Positions 10,925 through 22,995 of a stretch of 64,000 nt of DNA are shown piece after piece. The DNA is from Eledone cirrhosa. Taxonomy: Eukaryota. The stretch lies in contig OZ024745.1 in NCBI GenBank assembly GCA_964016885.1, positions 86,552,001 to 86,616,000 on the forward strand, read 5' to 3'. The notes beneath the pieces are model-generated. The model did not search any database. It was not told the origin of the DNA and worked only from the letters and a program-made list of their open reading frames with translations. Each line of letters opens with the position of its first letter. Positions within the stretch are counted from its first letter, which is position 1. The position numbers and the translations under genes were made by a program.

Positions 10925-13900
10925 GTTCTTTGAGTCTCAGTCATTGATGTTATTTAACTGGAAAGTTTGTTGAAATGAATATCAAGCCACTACCTGCAGC
11001 CTCAGATATTCAGGCCGTATCGGAGGGTTCTTGCTGTTCCCAGCAAGCATGCCTTTTGAAGTGTTCCAAAAAGCGGGGCTGGACCAATTTACTTTAACAA
11101 TCCTTGGAAATTCTTTGAGAGAGTACCTAGTGCGCCTATGACAATCGGGATCACTTTGACCTCATGGCAGTTCTAAATCCTTTTTACCTCCCACTTTAAG
11201 TCCTGGTATCGGTTAATTTTCTCCCTCTCCTTTTCTTTCACTCTCGTGTCGAATGGGCAGGCTACATCCACAATCAGGCATGATCTTTTCCCTTGTCCAA
11301 AACCACCAGGTCAGGCCTATTATGTTCCAGTTTCTTGTCCGTCTGTATCCTAAAATCTCACAGCACCTTCACCTGATCGTTTTCTATCACCCACTCTGGC
11401 TTATGCTCATACCACTTCTCAGAATGTGGTAAATTGTTTACTTTGCATAGGTGCCAGTAGATCACCCTGCCCATCACATCATGTCTCCAGCCTTTATAGT
11501 GAGTCTGGGCTAGGTGTTTACACTCGGATACAATGTGAGCCACAGTCTCCTCTCTCTCTCCACAGATCCTACACAGTGGGCTAGTGTCCTCCTTGTAAAT
11601 ATGGTGTTTCAGTCACTTTGTTTTGAGGGCCTGCTCTTGCGCAGCCATTAGCATTCCTTCTGTAGCCTTTTTAAGGTCTCCCTTTTTCAACCAGTTCCAT
11701 GTCTGTGGATCTCTGAATTCAGTTTTCTCAAAGAAGGTAATATGAAGGGATTTTTCATAAAGGTTGCTCTTTCTCCTTGTTGCTATTTCCTCCTTGGACA
11801 TCCCCTGGGCTATTATTCTCTCCTTCAGTACAATTCTGAGCATTGGCTCCCTACTATGAGTCACGTATTTGTGTAGGTTGTTTTTCTCCTTCTGAACACA
11901 GTCTTCTATGCTGATAAGACCTCTTCCACCTTCACATCTCCTTAAGTAGAGTCTATCGACATCACTCCTCTTGTGGAACATGTTGTAGATAGCCAATAGC
12001 TTCCCAGTCTTCCCATCCATTTCTTTTTGTTCAGCAACATTCCATTTCAGAATTCCCGCACTGTACCTAATAATAGACACAGCTCGGGAATTTACTGCAC
12101 TTAATGCATTCCGACTGTTCAGATGTGAATTTAATACGCTCCTTACTCTCCGAATATATTCAGATCTTATCAATTCCTTCATTTTTTTGTTCTTGATATC
12201 ATCAGCCTCCAGAACACCTAAATATTTGTATCCCTCTTCAGTATCAATTTCCTTTAACATCACACCTGTTGGTACCTGGATTCCGTTGCTTCTGCTCAAT
12301 TTACCCCTCTTCATCACAAGGACTGCACACTTACTAATACCAAATTGCATACATATATCATTGCTGAAAATATGGACAGTGTCAACAAGCAGAGCCAACT
12401 GCTTCCCACTCTTCCCGAAGAGCTTAAGATCGTCCATGAAGAGGAGGTGATTGATGGTAATTTTCCCTTTCCCAACTTGTATCCTGCTCTCACTTTTCGC
12501 AGTATAATGGTCAGGGGGATCAGGGCAAGGACAAACAACAGAGGGACCAAACTATCTCACTGGAAGATACCTCTCTTGATCTTCACGCCTCCCAAGGATT
12601 CTCCGCCCGATGTTAACTCTGTTTTCCAGGACTTCATACTTTTGCTCAACAACTGTCTGATGTTATCTGCCACCCTGAAGATATCTAGGCTTTTGGTTAT
12701 CCAAGAATGAGGTACCACGTCGAATGCCTTTTTGTAGTCTATCCATCCTATGGCAAGACCAGTGTGTCTCCTCCTGCAATTCCTCATTACCATTTTATCA
12801 ATAAGTAACTGGTCCTTTGTACCACGGCACTTCTTTCGGCATCCTTTCTGTTCGTCCGGTAACAAGTTGTTTATGTGGAGGTGATGGTAGATTTCCTCAG
12901 AGACAATGCTTGATAACAGTTTCCACATTACGGACAGGCATGTGATAGGTCTATAGTTGGTAACATCATTACCCTTGGTTCGGTCTTTCATTACCAGAAC
13001 TGTGGTACCTTTTGTCAACCACTCTGGTACCTCACCTGACATCAAGCAGTCATTGAACATGGTTTTCAGTTTCGAGTGGAGGGATGTTATATTTTTAATC
13101 AAATACCCCTTCACATCATCTGGGCCTGGTGATTTCCAGTTGGTTAGTTTTCTGGCCTGCCCTTTAAGAGTTTGAACTGTGATACTCAAATCAGTTTGTT
13201 GGTGTGCCTGTTCACTAATCTCCTTTTGTACTGTCTCAATCCACACTGTCTGATCATTATGTTCAACATCCTGCTCCCATATCCCTCTCCAGAATGTCTT
13301 AGTTTGTTCCGCCTCAGGGATCAAGTCGTTGCCTCTTTCTTTCCCTTCAAGCTGTCCAAACAACATCGTCTGGTTGTTGTCAAACATGCGGTTCTGTCTC
13401 TACTGACTGACTCTGCTCTCGTATCGCCTAATCTTTGCGCTATTTGCTACAATACGTTGCTTTAGTTCCTCTTTGATAATATTTGGTTTTTCCTACTAGT
13501 TTTGTACTTTATTCCAGTCTATTTTTAGTGTCTATGTTTTGTAGTGTCCCATTCAGTAGGGACTCAAGCTTTCCAATGTCATTTCTCATTTCCCTGATTT
13601 GACCATTCAGTCGTTTCTTCCACCAAGGTGCTGATCTTTCTTGTTTGTTGTTTCCTCTCGCTTTTATGCCAAGTTATTTCGTTACCGCATTTGCTGTTGC
13701 TTTGAGGATATTGTTGCACTGGTGAAGGTTCCCCGCCTCAAGTTATGGGATGACTTTGTTTACCTTAACTGTTGTTTCTTTTAACTTTTTCCTGTCTACA
13801 AATCTTAGGTTCACAGGTTTCCCACTATCATTGTTCATGTCATCTACCACTAAGTTTAGGATATCAACCAAATCTTGTCCTACCCCGTCAGCATTCATTT

Positions 13901-15330
13901 GCTCAATTGCCGTATCTTTGTTCCAGGTATTATTTATTTCAGCATTCCGATCATTGTCTGTTTCGGATGCTTCCTCCGTTCTCTCAACCTCTTCACCTTC
14001 ATCTCCCACTGGCTCGTTTGCCTGGCATACTCCACTCTCCATTTCCAATATAATCTATCTGCTGAGTTACTCCAGTTCCAGCTCGTTTATCCACCTATTA
14101 GTCCTTATTACCCGAGCCTGCCCGGCCAATTTTTGTTCATCTAATTTAAATAGACCAATCTCGTTCCAGATGCTATGCATCCGTTTCCTATAGCCTTTTT
14201 CCTTGGGGTTACTCTTCAGGTAACATTGCATAACAGTTCTATTCAATTCTTTCGTCCAGTTGGTTCTGGTCCCTTTCCTTCTTCTTCTTCCTCCAACGCC
14301 AGCAGTATTTGGTTGACAGCCAGGACCCTGCTGCTGGGCCAAGGAGCACCTGCTGGGTGAGAGTTTGTCACATGACATTCTAGTCTCCACTTCACCGTTA
14401 TTCGAACTGTTTAGGTTCGACATTTAACCTCATATCGAGGATTGGTGAATGTATGGTTACATAACCACCGGTGATTTCATCACCCCCAGTTATTTGATCA
14501 CCTCCGGTGATTTTAGCATGGTACTATCACGCTGTAGACGAACATAAATAAATAAAGAAATAAATAGGTAAAAACTTTAAAAAAATAAGCATAAGTTTAA
14601 GTTTCATTGTAATGTAATGTTTGAATGTCTGACTTAGTTTTTTTGCTTGTTTGTTTGTTTGTTTTTCTTTTCTTTACGTTTTTCGTTGCTGGTGTGCTGT
14701 TTTGATTTTGATTTTTGATTTTTTGATTTTTTGGCCGGGTCATCACATCAGTCTATTTATATCTTTTGATCCCTTCCTCACTTAGTGGGAATACTACGAT
14801 CCCCTTGTCTTAGCAAGAGGTAATGGGAGAGAATAGCGGCGGTAGCGATAATGAGGTAGTGGTGTTGTGATAGTAGTACTTAGCAGGAGGTAGTGGGAGA
14901 GAATAGCGGCGGTAGCGATAATGAGGCAGTGATGGTGGTGATGTGAGTGTAGTACTGTAGTGTTGGTGTTGAAGTTGAAGTAGAAATAGAAGTTGAAGTA
15001 ACAGTTGGCTTGGCTAGATTTTTTTGCATGGTAGTGGTGATGGTGGCGGTGGTGGTGTTGGTGGTGAAATGATTTGCCTCTCTGTCCACGTAGCGATTTT
15101 CCTCTTTTTTGACTATAACATTTCTGATCCAAAATTAAATATTAAATATTAGGGCCCTATGCCATAATGTGATGCGTTGTCGCTTGCTGAGAGTAAAAAA
15201 ATGTAATCTTACGTTTCATTTGTAATAAGAATTATTCTATCACAGTTGTTTTAAATATGTAAAAATCAAAAACTTACGGGAGCGATTCCATAACACTATA
15301 ATCCACCACGTGCGTATCTTCCCTAATTCC
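10925..15330 (-). mobile_element. Dong/R4 copy 4, apparently full-length (degraded ORF 14423-11002, about 0.9-kb 5' region), (TAA)n on both sides
   Basis: ORF fragments colinear with copy 1, starting MSNLNSSNNGEVETR at 14423; 5' region shared with copy 2; TTA repeat resumes at 15331. The 5' boundary is inferred. Confidence 0.85.
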
Positions 15331-15358
15331 TATTATTATTATTATTATTATTATTATA

Positions 15359-15399
<41 letters not shown>

Positions 15400-15402
<3 letters not shown>

Positions 15403-15643
15403 AAATGAAGTAATTCCGTCGGAAAGGTCCAGGAAAAAAGAGTGCGCTATGTAGGTTACAGAGCTTATTAGTTATGTAATAAACAACATAAGATAATTAT
15501 TTCATTTACCAGTGGTTTCTTGAAAGCAAACAACATTTACTTTCAGTCATCAGATTTTTTCATTCTGATGACTGAAAGTAAATTTTGTTTGCTTTCAAGA
15601 AACCACTGGTAAATGAAATAATTACCTTATGTTGTTTATTACA

Positions 15644-15648
<5 letters not shown>
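15400..15648. mobile_element. Penelope-like element pLTR remnant in inverted (head-to-head) arrangement between (TA)n tracts
   Basis: About 15470-15553 is the reverse complement of 15565-15648; same family as 55170-55422; contains a hammerhead. Confidence 0.75.
15558..15618 (+). ncRNA. Type I hammerhead ribozyme motif
   Basis: Helix I TTTCATT/AATGAAA, core CTGATGA, helix II TGAAAGTAAA/TTTGCTTTCA, GAAA, helix III ACC-act-GGT, GUA cleavage triplet. Confidence 0.85.
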
Positions 15649-15715
<67 letters not shown>

Positions 15716-15720
<5 letters not shown>

Positions 15721-15895
15721 TTAGATAGGGTGTGGTAAAAAACCAGATGGATCCACCAGAGTACTCGATACTTGGGATAGCAGAGTGGGTAATATGAAAA
15801 GATTAACGACCCCGACGGCTGAGCTCCGGCCATTTCGACAGTTCAGATTTAGCTGTCAAAACAGCCGGAGCTCAGCCATCGGGGTCAAGAATCAC
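15716..15895 (-). mobile_element. PLE-like remnant with a fold-back palindrome (15808-15886) containing a half hammerhead
   Basis: Homologous to 54003-54182; flanked by (TA)n; minus strand reads GAAA-TGGCC-ggagctc-AGCCG-TC-GGGGTC. Confidence 0.65.
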
Positions 15896-15896
15896 A

Positions 15897-16472
15897 TATA
15901 TATATATAAAACTGAGGATGTGTGTGCGTGTGTGTGAGTTTGAATCCCTAAAACTCGAGAAGTACCCAACAAATTTTTTTCAACCTTTACATTGTATTAC
16001 TTATCTTTCAGCGAGTGTTATGCACATAAAAAAATTCAACTTTTTGATCCTCTAGGGCTCGCATTAGGTGAAAAACTGCGTTTTTTCAGCTTTTTAATTT
16101 TTTTTGAAATTATAACTATGTATTAGTCAGTTTCTTCTTCATACCGTGAGCAAAGAAAATCCAACCTTTTTATGGCCTAGGGCACGCATTAGGTGAAAAA
16201 CTTCAATTTTTCAGGCATTACGTCTAGCCGATTTTACCGAAATTTCAAGGCATATTATGCACATAAAAATAATTCGTTTTCTTGATCCCCTAGGTGAAAA
16301 CCTGCATTTTTCCTGCTTCGTCGAGGAAAATCTTAAAGATTATCCACCCATCAGAGTATACGGTTTATTTTCTTTACATATTGTCCAGGCATGCAGTTTT
16401 TCCACGATTAGGTCTGTTGGCGGCCCGCGTTCCAAAATACCTTATACCGTGCAACGCCGGGTACCACTGCTA

Positions 16473-16473
<1 letters not shown>
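15897..16473 (+). mobile_element. Non-autonomous Helitron-like element
   Basis: 5' TATATATAAAACTGAGGATGTGTGT; 3' hairpin CCGTGCAACGCCGG about 10 nt before CTAG followed by T; internal TAGGTGAAAA repeats. Confidence 0.7.
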
Positions 16474-16527
<54 letters not shown>

Positions 16528-17085
16528 AGTAAAAATTAGCGAGAATCGAATTTCAGCCTATGAAATAACGAAAAAACACTTTCGAATTGTGAGGCAAGCG
16601 CTCAATAATTCAAAAGAATTAGAGCTTACAACTTACGTTAAAGGCCAAACACACTGAGATGGTGGTTAAACTAATTATCCACACAGCGAAGATTATATAT
16701 ATATATATAATTGTCAAATTATCCTGAGTTGGTTTTCTCGTTGCTTTGGTCTTTGCGGCTGGCTTACCGGTCGCAATCTTCAATTTGCCAAGCTGTCTAA
16801 ACGTAATGTTATTACTCGAAGGTAAAATACCTTATTGAGTGCTTAGCTGCACATTCCTATTGCATTCGTTAGCTTAGCTGCAGCCAGAGCTTCGATTATG
16901 CTGAACTTCCATTTGTATATATATATATATATAACCAAAGATTAATATGGTTCGTTGATTACTCAATGAATACAATTTTACAATAGATTAAAAGCACTCA
17001 ACTGTAAAAAAAATTTTTTCCTGGAGTTTTTAATATTATTCAAAATATTAACAAATGGAAGATATTCACATAATCAAAATATATG

Positions 17086-17149
17086 CTTTATTATATATAT
17101 TTCAAAGGTACTGTGTTGTTTTATTTCAGTACGTCCTCATCAGATAAAA
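17086..17149 (-). ncRNA. Type I hammerhead ribozyme motif with palindromic helix III
   Basis: Minus strand TTTTAT-CTGATGA-GGACGTACTG...CAGTACCTTT-GAAA-TATATA-T-A-ATAAAG. Confidence 0.8.
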
Positions 17150-17361
17150 TATATGGTTTGATATATGACATACCACTACGGTCGTGATTATACAATTCCA
17201 GTATTAGCAATGATTTATTTCATCAAATCTCAATGTTTATATACCACAAATAATATGATAAACTTAAAGAAGAAGAAAAGGACGTAGAGCAAATTAGAGA
17301 TATGAGAGAAGGTGAAAGGAAAGGAAAGGAAAGACAAAAAAAAAAAAATACATACATAAAT

Positions 17362-17762
17362 ATCCGATCTTGGAATAATTAGTAAAAATATAATAGATAG
17401 GATTTTACCAACACTTAAATTGAGGTCATGGCTAAATCTATGGAAAGGCACTAGGGAAGTCATAGATTGGTTCAATAATGTCAAAAATAAAAATAATTAT
17501 AAGTTCATTCAAATGGATATAGCGAGTTATTATTCCTTGATAACTCCTAATCTATTAAATAAGGCGCTATCATATGCATATAAACATACGGACCTATCTA
17601 GTGATGAGATAAATATTATATTAACAGCAAGGCGAACTTTGATTGATTTTAATAATGATCTTTGGACTAGATCGGATAGAGAGAAGAATTTTGACATTAC
17701 TATGTGTTCGTCTGATTCGGCACAAGTTACGGATCTTGTGGGAATTTTTATCCTTAACACTG
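17362..17762 (+). pseudogene. Penelope-like (Naiad-like) reverse transcriptase fragment
   Basis: SDLGIISKNIIDRI...LWKGTREVIDWF...FIQMDIASYYSLI...FDITMCSSDSAQVTDLVGIFIL resembles the PLE RT motifs FDI..FYPSI and FDVTMGSYDGAE; preceded by an inverted hammerhead-bearing segment. Confidence 0.8.
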
Positions 17763-17860
17763 TTAACTGGAGCAATGTGAAATAAAGTGTCTTGCTCAAA
17801 GAAACAACACATCCCCCGGTCCAAGAATTGAACTCACAACCTTTCGATTGCAAGCCCAAT
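17763..17860 (-). mobile_element. SINE 5' fragment (second, V-domain-like family)
   Basis: Reverse complement has the GAGTTCAATTC B-box and TTGAGCAAGACACTTTATTTCACATTGCTCCAG, as at 29681 and 43820. Confidence 0.7.
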
Positions 17861-18742
17861 GTGTGTATATTTATTCATAATTATCTGTCACTCACTGAAA
17901 TGGAGATGACTGAGGAAGGAAGGGGACGAGGTTGACTGATAAACTATAGAAAACAGCAGCCAGCGTTCTAAGATTCACTACACTTGTGTGAGTATATGTG
18001 TAGTGAATTGGCCACACACACACAAGCACACACATATATATAATGTAAATATAACTTGTACACAGTAGACTTCCCAATGACAATGTAAATTATGACCTGA
18101 CAAGAATCACTCCAAATCTGTTTAGTTTGAATTTTGTCTGCGCTGTCTTGAAATCAACTGAAAAAGAGATACACCAACATAACTCACTTATAATTGCTAC
18201 TGTAGAAAACTGAAGTATATTATTCAATATTTCAAGCTTTCATAATAAATATCTCCATGAGATGAAGGTCAGAGTTTATAATGATAAACCTCGTATGAAC
18301 AGAAATGTTGCATAAAACAAATGACTGAAATCAATTAAATGAACAAACATAAAAATTATTTATTTATATACAAATTGAAAATTTTGTAAGAATGCTCTTA
18401 TAAAAATTGGAGATCAGAGTGAAAAATCTAATCCTGTAGAAAAATCTAATCCAAAGGTAGAAACAAATATCTAACATGTATTAAAGAAAAATCAACTGCA
18501 ATATAAGTTCATTGTTTGAAGGGACATACAGTCATTATGCTGAAAAATTCATTATAATGGTATTTGTTATAATAGAATTTTACCTGTATTACATGATCAA
18601 ATCAGCATTGCTTTAACTGATGCACATACAAATATATGGAACAGTCAGTTTTTAACACTGCAATTTTGTAAATATTACATCTATATTATATATATAATAT
18701 TTATTATAGATAAGAGAATCCTGAAGTCAGCAACAAGCCCTA

Positions 18743-18933
18743 ATAATTGTTTCTACTTTAGGCACAAGGACAGAAATTACCCAGTACATTACTGGTACTT
18801 TATTTTATCGACCCCGTAAGGATGAAAGGCAAAGTTAACCTTGGCGGGATTTGAACTTAGACTGTAAAGGGACGTAACTATGCTAGAAAGCATAGCGTCC
18901 AACTCTCTACCGATACTGCCAATTCACCGCCCT
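18743..18933 (-). mobile_element. tRNA-derived SINE (Meta-domain-like core)
   Basis: Full head, core and tail; AAGCCCTAATAAT duplicated on both sides. Confidence 0.9.
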
Positions 18934-19051
18934 AATAAGCCCTAATAATACTCAAGAAAACAGCTACTCAAACTAATTCAGACAATTTTCCATAAACCTT
19001 ATAATAGTAAAACAATGTTGTCTCTGATTGAAATGAAGTGAGAGTGTATTT

Positions 19052-19393
19052 GAATACATATAATAATGAGAAAACTCATTGCTAGAACAGCTATCAAAAC
19101 AGCTAAATGCTGTCAAAAACAATGATGGGCCTCAGAGGACAGAGACCAGTGGTCAACAGAGAGACAATCCTCAAGGTGGTTGACAGGCAGATGAAATATA
19201 GAAAAGATAGAAAGAGGAGGACAAGGAGAATTGTGCTGGTGCACAGAAATAAAGAAAGGCAGTGTACAAGACTAGTTTACACTCAATCGCCACCCTCATC
19301 AGCACTCAAACCAGCAAAATTGTTGTCTCTAACAGCATTTAACTGTTTTAATAGCTGTTCTAGTGCTGAGTTTTCTCCTTTTTATATGTATTC
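19052..19393. repeat. Imperfect inverted repeat of about 62 bp per arm (possible MITE)
   Basis: GAATACATATAATAATGAGAAAACTCATTGCTAGAACAGCTATCAAAACAGCTAAATGCTGT versus its reverse complement at about 19332-19393. Confidence 0.6.
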
Positions 19394-19710
19394 TTATAAT
19401 AGTAATCACATCTTAATAAGAATGAAAGCTGAGCGATAACTAAGTGTTACAGACCTATTATTCTACTATACCTTAGAGGGAATTATGACAGAGACACTGA
19501 TTTGTTCGATGGGAATGCTTTTAGTTGTCATAATCAGAACGGTTTTTGAACGGTTAGACACTACCTCACAAACCTTCAACAGTATAATGTCTAGATAGTT
19601 ACATAGCGGTCAAACATATCAAATGTAGGTAGAAGAGGTGTATCTACATTTTTCGAAGGTTTTAACTAAGTAGTGATTATTTGTTATTCGATACATTATA
19701 TTGGTATATA

Positions 19711-19901
19711 TGGCGATGGATTGGCAGTATCAGTAGAGGGTTGGACGCCATGCTTTCTAGCATAGTTACGTCCCTTTACGGTTTGAGTTCAAATCCCGCC
19801 GAGGTTAACTTTGCCTTTCATCCTTACGGGGTCGATAAAATAAAGTACCAGTAATGCACTGGGTAATTTCTGGCCTTGTGCCAAAAAGTAGAAACAATTA
19901 T
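19711..19901 (+). mobile_element. tRNA-derived SINE
   Basis: TGGCAGTATCAGTAGAG A-box region, GAGTTCAAATCCC B-box, GCCTTTCATCCTTACGGGGTCGATAAA core; TTATATTGGTATAT flanks both sides. Confidence 0.9.
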
Positions 19902-20352
19902 ATTGGTATATGGGCCTAGCTGGAAATGTTGGGGAGTGGCTGTTTTTCTGTATTGCCAAGTTATGTAGCCTATTTATTGGAAATGGTTAACAGTTGACCA
20001 CCCTGTAATACTAAGTAAATCTCCCAATAAACCTCTCTACCATATTAATAAAAGGGAAAGACAAATTAGAAAATGTTCTAGATATACAAGCAAAATGGAA
20101 CACCTTTGATCATATGTCTGGTCAATCAGGGCTGATCTGTCCTAAGCAACAACAACAATATGAACAACAAGAGCAACGACAACATTGCACTGTATTGTGT
20201 ACTATATTGGGGTAATGGAAACCTATAAAAACTGGATCATTGCTTTAAGAATACTTTTGATCATAGGTCGATTCGATCAGAGTTAACATGGGCCTAAACA
20301 ATAAGTGCCTGCTGCCAACTACAACAGCTAAAGCAATTCTATTCTGTGCATC

Positions 20353-20832
20353 AACACACCATAACACTACTAATACTTGTACCACCACACCACTAATACT
20401 AACACCACTACAACATATCTTCAAGCACATCACTACTAAAAAGGAAACAACCATAACACCACTAAAACTATCACCACTACACCATAACACCATTAACACT
20501 ATTACCATAACACCACCACACTACTAGTACTAGCACCACTACATCATATCTCCAAACACATCTATACTAAAATATAACCACCATAACATTACTAATACTA
20601 GCACGATTACACCAAAACACCACTAATACTAGCACCACCACACCCCTAATACTACCACCACTACATCATATCTTCAAGCACATCTCTACTAAAATGAAAC
20701 CACCATAACACTACTAATACTATCATCACTACACCATAACACCACTAATACTAGCACTGCTACATCATAACACCACTAATACTATCACCACTACACCATA
20801 TCTTCAAGCACATCTCTACTAAAATGAAACCA
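20353..20832. repeat. Degenerate CAC/TAC-rich minisatellite
   Basis: Recurrent CACCACTAATACTA and ATCTTCAAGCACATCTCTACTAAAATGAAACC units. Confidence 0.85.
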
Positions 20833-21659
20833 TGTCACTGTAGTGACAATTTAATCAGTTGCTCAGATGTCAGAAAGTAAGAAGTGCGGGTATTGATTAA
20901 TTACATTGTACAAGATACACGGATGTCGGTGATGTTAGCAATCACTGCACATCTACAATGATTACAACAACACCATTATATCAACTGTGTTGCATCATTC
21001 TAGTCATTCAATAACTACTTTAATGAAATGTAAGTGAAGCAGTGACAGTGCGAGATGCAAACTCATAATTCTTCAGCTAAGAATTCAGCACATTATCCAC
21101 TCTACGTTTTACGATTAAATGAAACTAAATCTTGCTGGTGAATAACAAAAATAACAGACTAGCATTAAACATTACACTCCATCATTTTGAAATCTTTCTC
21201 AGTATGACAAATATTTTATACAATATCTCTTCAATAGAATGCCTGAAAAGAGAAGAAAAAAAAAAAACGTTCTTGAAATGTTAAAACACAATTACAGACA
21301 GACTTTATGTGTGTCCATATGTGTGTGAGTGAAAGACATCAAGAAAATATTCACACTTGTATGTATGCACTTCCATGCTAGCATGGGTTAGATGGGGTGT
21401 CCTGTTGTAGGCAATGCCAGGTCAGGTGACCATGTCTTGCTCATACAGAACTGATTTCGGCTTGATTTCTACAGATGGATGTCCATCTTAACACCAACCT
21501 CATTTACAGTGAGTACTGGGTGCTTTTTTACTGTGGCACCTACATGACCACTTTAGAGTGTGGACTAGGTGTTTTTTTGTCATGACACCTACACAACCAT
21601 ATTACAGTGGGAGGGAGGTGGGGTATACTGTCTATGTGAGCATGTTTTCTCTTTATGGT

Positions 21660-22995
21660 CCTTCACAATTTTATTAGGTCTGTTGCTCTTGATTGTTCTG
21701 ACAGTTTTCCCTCTGTTTTTATATAATAAAATCTGCTTATTACACATTGTAAATATTGCCCCATTCTATCATGCTGTATTCTATATTCTTGGGGAGCTAA
21801 TACTTTGCAGCCTGAAACCAGGTGGTCAATGGTCTTCAACACGCTCATTGCAGAATTGACACTTTGGGTCAGTTCTATTTCTGATCAAATTGGCTTGGAA
21901 GTTGCGCGTTGAAAGGCACTGGTCTTGTGCAGCCAAAATGAAATCTTCACTCTCCGCTTTCAGCTGAGAAATCTGCAACCACTGATGGGTGAGAATTTGA
22001 TCTATATCAGGTTCTTTGCTATCGATAACATACTACCCATGCAGTGACTTTTCCTCCTATCTCTGTTGACCTTCATGTTTTGCCAACATTTTGATGTTCT
22101 TTGTAGCTTTAATTGCAGAATTGCCATCATTTTCATACTGTATTCCTAATTCTTCCTCAAAATTCCTACTTTCCTTTGTGACTGAAAGTAACCATTTTCA
22201 ACATCCAATCATCTGTAGTTTTAAAATATTGTTCAAATCCAAAGGTTGATATTTTGCATGACAGCTCTAGTTATATCATCCCACTAGCTCCATTTTCTCT
22301 AGGGTGATAAAGGTGAACCACATCTGCTTTTGGGTGATGTATTTTATAACAGGTCAAAAGTTTCCTGATTTTCTTTATTTCATTAACGTTCCAATCTATG
22401 ATATTGAAACTGTAGGTGAGAACTGTTATTGCAAGCGCATTTATGGCAGATATTTTATTATTGAGCTCAGCTTTCAAGACAGCATATACTTTCTGGTAGG
22501 ATTCCTTTCTGATTCTCTCTTTCATGCTGGCTTGGGGAATACCTTAATCCTTAGATATCTGTAGGCTTGTTCCTATTCTAGTCCCCTAATTACTGTATTC
22601 ACATCTATTTCCATTGATTTTGTGCTTGTCATTCTGTCTTTCCTGAATGTTGCTTTGGCACATTTTCCCAATCTAAACTTCATCCCTACATCATTGTCGA
22701 ACACTTTAACTGTCTTCAACAGTCCTTCCAATTTGGTGTCATTTTTGGCACACAGCTTCAAGTCATTCATATAAAACAGATGATTTATGGTTTTGCTGTC
22801 TATTTTGTAGCCATATTTGTTGAGCGCTAAAGACAGCAGTGTGAGTGCAATATAAGAGGAGGAAATGAATCACTTTGAAAAATACCACATGCTGCTGAAA
22901 TTTATAGTTCCATCAATGTGACACTGATAGATTTGTATTCCACACAGACATGTATTTCAGCAAGTTTGATATTACTGGGGAAATTTCCAGAACAT
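21660..22995 (-). mobile_element. Old, degraded R4/Dong-like RLE non-LTR fragment (different family)
   Basis: Minus-strand remnants MNDLKLCAKND...GMKFRLGKCA, KISAINALA...HHPKADV, LKAESEDFILAAQDQ and TIDHLVSGCKVLAPQEYRIQHD. Confidence 0.8.

Noticed and set aside
19711-19800. tRNA genes
   Set aside because: The A/B boxes belong to SINE heads followed by the SINE core and tail; no complete cloverleaf.
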